DNA of 38,994 bases from Neolecta irregularis DAH-3 (Eukaryota): positions 1 to 38,994 of the forward strand of contig LXFE01000150.1 in the NCBI GenBank assembly GCA_001929475.1. The letters are read 5' to 3'. Below the pieces are notes generated by a model that saw only the letters and a program-made list of their open reading frames with translations, did no database searches and was not told where the DNA came from. A program made the translations under genes and the position numbers. This document shows, piece after piece, positions 27,091-37,971 of this stretch. Each line of letters begins with the position of its first letter. Position 1 is the first letter of the stretch.

Positions 27091-28798
27091 CTAAACGTCA
27101 TTCTCGGGTTTTCCTGTACCAGTGCTAAATCCACGACCTCGACTGGGCCGGTATCCTCCTCCGTTCGCATATCCATTCTGGCGGTGACCAGTGCCACTGC
27201 CTCGTCCACGGCCACGCCCTCTGCCCCGTCCCCGATAACCACCAATGCTTGCTTCTCCAAATGTGTCCATATTCAACTTGCGCTCTTCAACTCTCCATTC
27301 ACTCCCGCCCCGTCGGAGATTCTGTCCACTGACCTTGTCTTTATTCTCACATGATATGTTATCAAAGAATGAAGATTTTGGGTTGTAAAAGTTACCGCTG
27401 GAGGGAGAAACAGGGCTTTTCACGTCTTCAGTAATCGGGGAGCCGGTGGCAATTACTTCTTTTACAAGATCTTCTTTATTGAATTTTCGGTTTTGGGCAA
27501 CAAAGTCGTAGTCGGGTTTTTGTTTACTTAGGTTGGGCTTGTGATGCGTACTTCGTGAGGATTCGCCTGTATGGCCTATAAATAGGCAAAAATACAACTT
27601 GAAGGGAAATACCTGTTTTCACTTGACTAAGTTTGCGAGCGAGCGCCTCGACAGCATCAGATCCTGGTTGAGTTTGAGCTTCTGAGGGCTTGCTTGAACC
27701 TTGCTGGGCAGGAGGAGGTGCTTTGGTAGTGATAATGGGAGGGCAATGACGTTGAAGCGGTAAGGCGGGGACTGGGATTGGCGACCTCTCCATGGTCTTT
27801 GCTTCAGCAGGCTTTGTTTCCTGAACCAGTTCAGGCGCGTTTTTGAGAACCGGAGAGGCGGTAAGTGCAGGTTTCGATACATCTTGTTCGGATTTTAGAT
27901 TTGACGCAATGATTGGAGGAGAAATGGGTGCATGGGACGCTTGACCTGAAGCTGGTCGAAAATTCTGTTGCTGAAGTGGCTGTTGCTGAAACATTTGGGG
28001 TCTTGATGCATATGGTCCATGAGAGAATGGATTGGGATATTGCGGGGGTCTGTCGTTGCCAAAAGATTGATAATATTGCGGATAGGCTCCGTACTGTGGT
28101 CGAGGGCCAAACCCGTTTATTCCACCATACTGATGGTGCATTGGCGGTGCACCAGGAAGCATAGGATTAAACTGCCCCGATGATTGTTGGGGATTTGGGA
28201 TTTCTCGAGTGGAAGGAGTTTGAGATTGTCCTTGCTGATGATTCTGCGCCATCGGTTTCGCCTATTGACAGTTAGCGTGTGAAAAGCCAACAGAAAGAAG
28301 TGGCATATGAAGAAAATCAGAAGGAAGGCAAAGGAGATATCGGCATGGTTTGCGCCTCAGATAAATTTTAAACATCCGAGATGATCATTACTTCATTGGG
28401 AACACAAAATTGGACGTACACTTAATATTGCGGGATCCTGAAACTCCTGATCGTTTTGCTGAGGCGATGGCTCGTTCCCTTTGACTATGGTCAAGTCGGC
28501 GATATCTTCACCTTTGAACACGATACAATCGTACAATGCAGGCGCTGGAGGGACGAATTTTCCGTGTGGTGTCTGCCGGCTCTCGCTACCAAAAGACTGG
28601 ACTATGAGATAAGATTTTGAAGCTTGAGCAAAGAAAAGAGTTGAACCTTTGTCCATGGTTATTTTGCGACCAGTTTCGTCAACTGATATCAGCGTGCCTT
28701 CATATCTATGCCAGTGTAAATTGCATTTCCCTTGTAGTGACATACCGAAGATTCATCTTCGAGATTAGGTTAATTTTTCGGCCTACGAATTCGGCCAT
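27091..28798 (-). CDS. SCD6: Scd6/Sum2/LSM14 P-body protein; 5 exons
   Basis: Lsm domain (MAEFVGRKINLISKMNLRYEGTL...VQSFGSESR...YDCIVFKGEDIADL), DFDF-like YDFVAQNRKFNK, FFD box SSFFDNISC, TFG box ERKLNMDTFG, and RG repeats. Confidence 0.93.
28307..28396 (-). ncRNA. snR52: Intronic box C/D snoRNA, snR52-like (18S Am420 guide)
   Basis: Inside the longest intron of the window (about 28262-28419). Minus strand: terminal stem ATGAAG/CTTCAT, C box ATGATCA, D' CTGA (28357-28360), C'-like ATGCCGA, guide TGCCTTCCTT + D box CTGA (28317-28330). The guide is complementary to 18S AAGGAAGGCA; the D+5 rule gives the A equivalent to yeast A420. Confidence 0.85.
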
Positions 28799-30759
28799 TG
28801 GGATTATAGATTACTGAAGGCTTGAGGGGCGAGAGGAAGCGATGTAGTCGTAGCTTTTCGTCGTCAGTCCAGGGACGTGCACGTGTTTAACATGAGTGGA
28901 CAAGTGCAGCGACTCGTATGACAATTCAAAGACAAAGAACTCCAGAATCCTGGAAAAATCAGGAAAAAGGATAGATTCCATTTATCTAAAAGCTTGAGAT
29001 AGATTTTCAGCGTTTGTATATCTTTGCAAATGATTACACACGAGAAACGTTCATATGAAGTATGTGAACAGTCAAGTGTTCCCTTTTTATCGCTCATAGA
29101 CTTTAGTTAGTATATCGATAGTGCGCTAGTTACTTTGAGTGAAGGTAACTACGTATACAATCAATTTACACGGTTAAAGTCCACCCTGCTAGCCAGATAT
29201 AGACCTACCTACTTAGTAATTCTTTGAGGAGCACTTTGCTAATACCTACTCGCTCCTTCCTCTACGGATCTCCATCCGATCCGTAATCCTCCTCATTGAA
29301 CTCGTTAGCTCTACAATAATATTGATCGGGTATGGATGATGTTGCTGCTCTGTTTCTCACTGACGAAGTTGACTTCCTTAGAGCTTGTTCTCTCATCTTG
29401 TGGTCTACAAGCCCATCCGCATGATTGATTGGCCATCGTCGGTATTGAAGCTCTGTTTATCAGTGCCGGTGATTGTTTGTTCCTGCTGGCCGTGGCGGTT
29501 CCGAGTATCCCTACAATCACCCAGGTGAAGTAGGATGGCGGGGAAATTTACCATATGGAGTCAACTAAGCATTTAATCTTTCTATATGGAAGATTGGACG
29601 AAACTAGCAAGTATTAACAGAAAATAGCCTTTAGGTTTTACACCAGTCGTGGGATGGACATGATAAAACCATTCATGTGGAAGCGGCTGGAGAAACGGCT
29701 CGAGATGGTCACGCTCTAGATAGAGTAATGGACTCCATCTGTTCCTTTATTTATTTCCAAAATACTATTTTTCTGAAATGGCTTGATAAGGGATGCCGCA
29801 TTGCCAACATCTTTTTTCGAACGATCAACAATATGGCCTCGAAAAGGAAAGTAAAATCTGCATACTTACCTAATCCTTGGAAATACCCTTCAAGTTCATT
29901 TCTGATATGGTCATTCTCAATCCGAGAACCTTAATATATACATACGAGTTTCAATCTGGCTCGAATTTTGGGAAACATTCTATCTCGGCTTTAATTGAGA
30001 GTTCCAGATACAAAATTACAGAAGGGTTTGGGTGACCAAGTCCTTTTAAAGATAGGAAAACATATATACAAGATCGGTTTACCGTAATCACAAGCCTTTC
30101 CAAGACATTCTACCTCGGGTCGCTTAACGCTGCATGAATGGGAAGTCATGAAGCAATCATAGCTGGGAGGCAGCTACGTGGCATGTGGCTGTTCGCCTTG
30201 CATCGGTATGTACCGATTGGGAGAAATAAAAGTGAAGACATGCAATGTCAGGAATGATACAAGAGAGTCAGGTATAGAGTAGCTTGATATTTCCAGCCCA
30301 ACTGCATGAACATGGACCAGGGGTGCGATCATGCCAAGTAGAATTACCGGTTCTTGACTACGAAAAGCTGAGACCAGGAGGACGTCGGACTAATTCCTCA
30401 TGTAGAAATATTGCGCCACTTGCCTCCTCCTTGCTTACTTTGTCCTGAAGAGGTATGTGTTTCTGAGTTGGAAATGGTTTACCTTGCCCGGATACGCGCC
30501 AGGATAACAGTAGAATACTTCGTCTGGCTGATCCTTTTACCTGGAATACTGGACGTAGTCAATGAAATATTTACCTTCCGTGTCTCTCGTGTTGAACAAA
30601 AAGATAACAAAGGGTCTCAATGGCGTTCTCGTGGCGCTGCCCATCGTCGCCGAAATAAGTGATCGAAACAACTGTTGCGATGGATCATCTCTCCATCTTC
30701 CTCAATAAAAACCCATCTGTATCTCGCCACGGTTATCCTGTATTTTGCTCTCTATAACC

Positions 30760-31456
30760 ATGACCGAACCAATTCAAGAACAGCCAGTCCCTGTTCAGGC
30801 TCCTCAGTACCAAGGGACTGCCCCTGAAGAAGAGTGGCAGAATGAGCTATGTGGCTGCTTTGATGACATGACTATCTGTAATGAATGCTGCTGTAGATTG
30901 TTCTAATTTGTGAATAGGTCTCTTGGGTTGCTGCTGTCCTTGTATCGTCTATGGACAGACCAGATACCGTTTGCATAACCCTAATGAAGCACATTTGGAG
31001 CCCGGTATGCCGTCCTATCTATCTGTTTACTCACTCTTAGCCGTTACGGGCTCATGTGCCGCCTGGTTCGCTCTTGAATATTGCACCGGATGTGCTTGGA
31101 TCTTAAATTGTCTTAATCGAGGTATCTATGTCTCATCTTGCCTTCATTGACACATCTTAGGCGATGTCCGACGACAATACAATATTCGAGGAACCACGGG
31201 TCTGGATTGCTGCATCAGCTTTTTCTGTGGCGGATGCGTATATTCTCATTCATCCAGTCTCGGGTTAACGATACAGGCTATCTGTCAGGAATACAAAGAA
31301 GTTCGAGACCGTGAGAACGCTCGACTTGCTGCAGAAGGTTCTGCAGGCTACGCTGCGCAACAACCAATGACATATACCGCACCCCCAACTGCACCAGCAC
31401 CAGCATTTGAGAATGAAAAAGCCACGTACAATCCTCAAGCAAATACTAGTGTATGA
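30760..31456 (+). CDS. PLAC8/DUF614 Cys-rich membrane protein; 5 exons
   Basis: EWQNELCGCFDDMTICLLGCCCPCIVYGQT, RGDVRRQYNIRG...DCCISFFCGGCAICQEYKEV. Confidence 0.9.
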
Positions 31457-31871
31457 GGTTTTGAAAAATTAACATATGCAGTTCATTGTTATTTAGATTA
31501 TCTTAATCAAGTATATTATCTAATATAATAATCAAATTCATCTTAAAACCCTTATCCTTGTTAGATGCGTAGTTGGATTTGTGTGACTTGTAGCCACCAA
31601 ATATCAAGAATCTTGATGGATTTCGCGGAACACTTCTAGAGCCTCAAATAGTGCAGATTGAAGTGTTAAAGTGCAATAACTGACTGGTACCTCCAGGTCT
31701 TTGGTTTTCGCCTCTTCCCCTTTCTTGTGGAATTGACCTGAATTCGATCAGGCTTTGAGAAGTTTGGCGTCGCAGGGAAATCCCCCGATTTACAGTCTTC
31801 TCACCGGATCAAGCCAGACAGTCCTCAAAGAAATATTTATTCTCATACTAGCTTTTTTTTATCTACGAATC

Positions 31872-34433
31872 TCACATATTCCAAGACGGAAGCCACCTCA
31901 GTTTTCCATACTGGTTACTTGGGCCAGTCATTCCAAAGGTGATATCCTTGAAATAGATAAAAATTCCGGTAACGACAATGTATGCCGCACCAAATATAGC
32001 AGCTCGAAGTTTGGGAGGCAAAGGAGTAGTAAAATGATCAAAAATGAAGCCACAGGTCAAGATGGCAAACCACAAAGCCGGGAAATAATGGTGAACGTAT
32101 AGAACACTAGAATATGAGTCATTGATCATACGAAGTGACTCAACCGGCCCATAATGAAGAAAGGGATGTAGTGCAAAACCCACCCAAGAAGCGGATAGAA
32201 ACCAGAGTAATGGATATGGTCGATTTGAGCTTTAGAAATAAGCTACACAAAACGTTCAAGTTGTTACCCCAAGTTAGATCCTTGTAATGGCGCTGCCATC
32301 TAACAAGATAGACGGCAGCCATCAAAACAAAGATAGCTAGGCTTACGGTAGATGCCCAGTAAACGATGGGATTTCCAAGCAGATAATATTTGATGGCTTA
32401 AATAGTCAGTGAAATTCAAAAGCATGAGGAATACCATTGTCGTCCCAGCCACACATTCGCAATCCGAGGGCGGCTATTGGCCAGTGCCATGCTTCAGAGG
32501 CAAGAATATCAAATTTATCAGGATCGGGAACAAGGGCATTGTTTGAAGTCATCATTGCCACATTGAGATGAATGAGATCTCGTAGAAAGGGTGACTTGAA
32601 GGCAGTAGCTTCAGCGTTTGGGACTAGTATATATGTAAGCAATCAAGATCAAGATCAAGGGTGTTACGTCGTTCATTCCAGTGACTTTCGACGTTCCAAT
32701 GAGTATATCGGTCTTTTGGTACGTCGTCTTTGGTGCAAGTGACTTCGATTTGTTTGAAACCCCATTGAGGAAGATTGACATTGGCGGCTCGTAGATAACA
32801 CCCCATTACTTGGTTTCGTAGTCTGAACGCCGTCGTCAATGCCCGAACTTGGGAGTGGTCCATATATTTCAGATCATCAACAACCTCGACCTTCCAGTAA
32901 TCTTTTTCGTCGCCAAGTGTTATATTTCCGTAGGTCGACACTTCCAAGTGTGCTTTCGTGAGTGGAGCAGCAACATCATGAGAGTGCAAGTTTCTGCCAG
33001 ATTGGCTGTGAATTAATCGAATTACTTCACCGTTCTTGAGAAATCTGATTGGGCCATTTTGCATGTCCAACTCTGGTTCATCATGCCTGGGATAAACCAC
33101 CCAATCGTTATTCGCGTCTTTATGATGATAGCAAGTGACTTGTTGCTGTCCTGAACCCTCGGGATATGTCTGGACATGGGAATGAAGCAATCCTCCGCCA
33201 TAACCCATAGCCTTGATTGTAACACGTGATCCATAAGCTATATCTAAGGGGATGTTGTTGAGATCCGTTCCGCGGAGGTTTGCTTGGAATAGCGAGCTCA
33301 TTTGAGCATCCCCTGAACCGCTATTTCTAAGAATAACGAAGTGGAGGTAAAAACTGGATACATAGACAACGACTGGAACCACAATCAGAAATGCTATTCG
33401 AGCGATCCAATGCTTTGCATATTCAGCCTGATAGTTAACCCTGGAGACAAATAAACAACAAACCTTTGGCATCCTATAGTCGGCAAATTTGTTCCACAGA
33501 TCTTCAATGGTGTAGATTCCAACCAATGCTGTGCCAAGCAATCCGACCCACTTGACACTGAAAATTTAGTTTACGAAAGCGAAGACCACAAACCTGCAAA
33601 CGCAACCAATTGAAACGCCAATAGCAAAGAGCCATCCCCACCAGTTTACAGAAAAACTTTCCTTCTGTAATCGATGGAAACTGGATAGACAAAACATGGT
33701 AGTAAATGTAAAGAACAGAAGCATCGAGTCCAATAAAATGAAACGGCTGATCGTAGTGTAGGAATTATCAAAGAGGACCATCAGAGTAACGAGCACAGTC
33801 GCATAGAAGGAAAAGTTAAGGTTTCGCGCAGTATAATATGCCAAAGGAACGCACATGATGCCAAACATCGCGTTGAAAACTCTCATAAAGATATAGTTGA
33901 CCTCCACCGGGTACTTATGACCAGAATCAAACGAGAAAGTTCCATTGTAGCCGGCAAGATATCCTGAAAGACCCACAAGCATCTTGCCGAGAGGCGGATG
34001 TACCTAACGCATTAGAGTTTTACGCCGCGGAAAATATTACGTCAAAATAAAACTCTCTCTTGATATAATATGATCCAAACTTTCCAAAGCTGGAGATATT
34101 AGCTTGAGAAAGTTTAAAACCTACTGTGCTTCGTCCCAAGTGACGATGTCAGATTGCCCGATCTTCCAGAGCCGGGTGAAGAATGCCAGTGCAGTAAGGA
34201 TTACCGGAGTTAAATTGTGATTTGCATGTTGAACAGCAACAGCCTTTGGAGTTGGTTGATTTAGAATCGTGCGGGAGAACAGTTACCTTGTGGTTTTGCA
34301 AGTGCACTTTTGGTCCATATTTGAGAATTTCACTATCATCGGACCACGATTCCGCGAGATCCTGCACAGCCTCGGGGACAAATTTCCTTTTTTTCACGGC
34401 GTCACTTTGCAAGCTCGAAGAGACGGCAGACAT
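31872..34433 (-). CDS. PMT2: Dolichyl-phosphate-mannose protein O-mannosyltransferase, PMT2 subfamily; 10 exons
   Basis: [15 protein letters not shown]...[41 protein letters not shown] domains ([13 protein letters not shown]), [25 protein letters not shown]. The extreme 3' end could include one more tiny exon. Confidence 0.95.
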
Positions 34434-34637
34434 GGTGGATCGCCCGAGGAAAGGGAGTGGACTCGTAATGGAAGAGGGAGCGGTTTCAGCTACCAACATA
34501 ACACCAAAAAACTCATCAATAGTCTATGTTGCACAAACCGTTCAACATGTAAAGTATAGCAGCAAATATATTCTCAAAGTTAAAAGTTTAAAGTCGAACA
34601 GAAGAAAGAAACATCTGACCGAAATTTGAGCACAAGC

Positions 34638-35658
34638 TTACTTTGGGGGCTTCACATTCGCTAAAAATTCACCAGGAGAGACGATGTTTCCTGCGAGCGA
34701 GTACTAATACATTAGTACGACGAGGAATGCGGGATTCTAGTACTTCGCAGATGACAAGATCGCGTAGAGTTCCACATGGATTAAGCGCACATCCGATGAG
34801 TGTTGTACCGATCCAAAGCATCTGGGTTGCATGACCAGTAGATTCCTAATTTTATGAGAAGTGATGATATGTATTCTTACGCCGAAACCAGGATTGTTAA
34901 AATCGTACGATTGTATTTCCTGATACCAAGCATCCATCGCCTTCGCGATAGTCTGATATCCCTGAGCAAGATTCTCGCCATATGCATTGTCTGCGTTGTG
35001 AGGAGATAAAAAAGGGGTTCATACTAGACGCGTGCTCAAATTTACAGAGGCCGGCTTGCTGAGCGGCAAAATTAGCAAGGGATTTATCCCAAGCTAGACT
35101 GTCAGCGCCATGTCGCTTTCGATAGTCATTGTGCATAGTGACTATAGTCTCCTGTTGTTTCGCAGAGAGACCCCAGTTTGTAGCGGCAGAGGTGTCCTGA
35201 GGATTGGATTGCTGTAGGGATGGGCTTGGCGTTGTTAGGTCAGAATGTTTGGCTTGCGGGGGCTGGCCGGTATGCGTTTGAATGGGGGGAGATTCTTGTG
35301 TGGGATGGCCGGCAAATTGGTCGTTTTTCGTTTGAATGAGGGAAGAGTCTTGCAGAGACTGCTGGAGACTACTAGTTTGATCAACCAAAGGTGCTACAAT
35401 TTTATTATTGGATGGATCAACCGGAAACGTACCGGAAGGCAACAGCGAGCCAGGTGATTCGATTTTAGTGCTCTGCGGTAAAGTTTCTAAGGTCTCCAGT
35501 AAAGGGTCTTGGGTACTCGAATCGTCCGGAAAGAAAAGAGATGATCTTTTGCCCACAGAGCCCCATCGGTGGTGGACGGATCGATGGCCATGCCGCGCCG
35601 GCGCAGCTTGTGCCAAGCCCCAAAGAAAGGCGAGCTTTAAGAGATATGATGGAAGCAT
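34638..35658 (-). CDS. Secreted CAP/SCP/PRY-family protein with Ser/Thr/Gln-rich N-terminal region; 4 exons
   Basis: Signal peptide MLPSYLLKLAFLWGLAQA, KR (Kex2-like) site, HNDYRKRHG..LAWD, YGENLA, AWYQE, TGHATQMLW, ICEYSLAGNI. Confidence 0.9.
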
Positions 35659-36419
35659 GAATGAGCGGTTAACTGATGTAAACTGGCACCAGAACAGAGT
35701 GTAAGGAGTGTTGATATAACGGCTCAGAAGGAAATGATCTGGTTTTTTAGGTCGAGAGATGTGGCGGGCTGCATGTCCTGTATCTAAAGGCAAGGCAGGG
35801 TCTCAAAGCCAGACGCCACGAATCGTGAAACATTTAGGCTGCAAAGCAAACGCAAGCCAATTTTGTGGAAAGCATCTGCTGGACAGCAATTTAATGAGAC
35901 TAGCACAAGCGGATATACCCCTGAACATTCTGGAAAGATGCGAAACTAATTCCTTCATATCCAAGAAATATTATCATTGTGGTGCAGCATGGGAATGGGA
36001 GGTCTGAATTTGAATTTCACGGTTACGTGTACTGGCACGCCAAATCAACCGACTCAACACTCTAAGGCTTGGCTTCTGGCGCAAACTAGCAGAATATCCA
36101 AAATAATAGTCTGATCATGGGATAAAGTATAGGGAGAGATAATAATAGAAACAAGAAGCCTATCTTAGCGACAGTACAACCATAGCTCTAACAAATGACT
36201 TGTAGTCGTACATTCGACGGGAACTTTGAACTAAGGCGTGAAGTTTCTCTAACAGTGAGAACATTTCTAGACCCGGCTGCCAGCTGAAACATTTTGGAAT
36301 CCTTGTATTGATTTCTTTCGCATTGTCTTTACCTCGAATTCTTATTTGTCTATCTACACCATTACTACTCTGTTTCACTATTAATCAGCACCTTGTTACT
36401 CCTATATCATCATCAGTCA

Positions 36420-37797
36420 AAGTACTGGTTTACCTTTACGCAAATACGGGCTTACTATGCTTGTTACAGTATATCATGGGATAGGCTAGGGTTTGAGTAG
36501 AGAATGGGTTTGTTTTGCTCTTTCTCAACCTACTCAGTGTTTAGTCTCATGGTTGGTTAAATAAGCCTCCCTGTTACTAAAATGTCTACTATAGCATGTT
36601 TACATTTGGATTACACTTGTCGCGAGTAAATGTCAAAACTCGATCTCGTAGTATTGCCAGTCGTAGCGACGAACCGCTTCTCCACCCTTTCGCTACCACT
36701 ATTCCTATCCATCCCCAACAGTTACCTCCATTCGTTCCTTCAGAACTCCTATCATTATCCCATATCGTTGTATCGATTATCCCCAGTTACCTTGCATGGC
36801 ATTTTTAGAAGCCACTGCACGTGGTCAGTCGAACCAACGTGCTTCCGCGTTTAACCTTAACGAACTAGGTCCTGGGATAGACCCGGCCAGCTATAGCCCT
36901 CTTGCAATGGGGAATACGGCCGGTTGTCTCCCTGGGTTAGCTTAGAGAAGTTATCATTTTTTACCTTGATCATTTTTCATTTTCTGAGTTGCTTGGGTTG
37001 GCGTGTGTTCTGCGGATAGGGTAGAGGGCTACGTAGGGTTCTCCCCTTCTACTTTGTCTTCTACCTGCGCTCAAACTGACCCTGTGGGCTGCTGCAGCCT
37101 AACTGCCCCTGTTTGACCACGCCCTTAGCCCGCTACGCTGCTAACTCAGCACTGCAAGGCTCCGTTGCCGAACACACCCTCTCCCGCCTCGGCTGCTGGC
37201 TTCCTCTCGCTCCCCTGCCCATTGCCGCCCGCGCCCAGAGCATCCTGCCTGCCAGAACCCCGCTGCCTTGCCGTTACGAGAAACCTTGCTAACCTCAAAA
37301 GAGGCACTCCTTTCCTCAAACCCCTGCTAATCTTATCCACAGCCTCCGCCTCGACTGGTCCGCCATGACCCGCTTCTGGCTATGCCCACGAGACTGTTGA
37401 AGCTGGATGTGCGGGTAGGCTGGGTGCAAGGTTCGCCAAAGCCGACGGGCATCCATGAAAGATGAACGCTGGTGTCGCAGCCGCAGGGCCCTGTGCATAA
37501 ATAGGCCCCCCTCTCTGCCCCGGCCTTCCCCGTAGCCAGCAGTTAGGGTCTGCTCGCACCTTGCGTACTCCGTCATCATCTACAATAGATGTACCACTAC
37601 TCCATCTGCCCCTGCACAATTGCTGCTGCCGCCCTCGTCTGTGGCGTCCAGTGCTTTACCAACAGGTCCCCCGCGCTAGCCACCCTGGGCGTCACCAGTG
37701 GCCTCATCTAGTATACTCCTCCTGGACTCTGTCCTATCCTATCATGACCCCGTCAGTCACACACACTATAATCTACTTCTCTATTCGCTGGATCTTT
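36420..37797 (+). ncRNA. Candidate telomerase RNA (about 1.4 kb)
   Basis: Template TTAACCTTAAC 36851-36861; boundary hairpin 36817-36842; pseudoknot 36939-36949/36980-36990 and 36970-36979/37456-37465; 5'-3' closing helix 36474-36499/37714-37747; ATAAGT at 37798. No credible protein ORF. 5' end approximate. Confidence 0.7.
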
Positions 37798-37971
37798 ATA
37801 AGTGACTACTTACTTTGACAATGGGAAAGGCAATGAGTCTGTCAAGGATCAACAATCCATCCCAGGGACGGCCCGATGTAGATTCCAGAACAAATATAAA
37901 AATATCATATCTTGAGATTAATAGTTCGTTTAACAAGAATAATAGCATCAAGCTCTGAAGTTCCATTGGCT

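Noticed and set aside
29862-29871. ATACTTACCT, identical to the U1 snRNA 5' end
   Set aside because: No U1-70K loop (GATCACGAAG-like), U1A loop (ATTGCAC) or Sm site downstream; likely chance or a minus-strand donor-like sequence.
37541-37550. AGTTAGGGTC, i.e. ACCCTAAC on the minus strand, as an alternative TTAGGG template
   Set aside because: Only 8 nt, no boundary hairpin or pseudoknot in the right order on the minus strand, and the G-U pairing pattern of the region favours the + strand.
36596-37818. Several short ORFs on both strands
   Set aside because: No domain similarity or splice-consistent gene model; explained by the GC richness of the structured RNA candidate.
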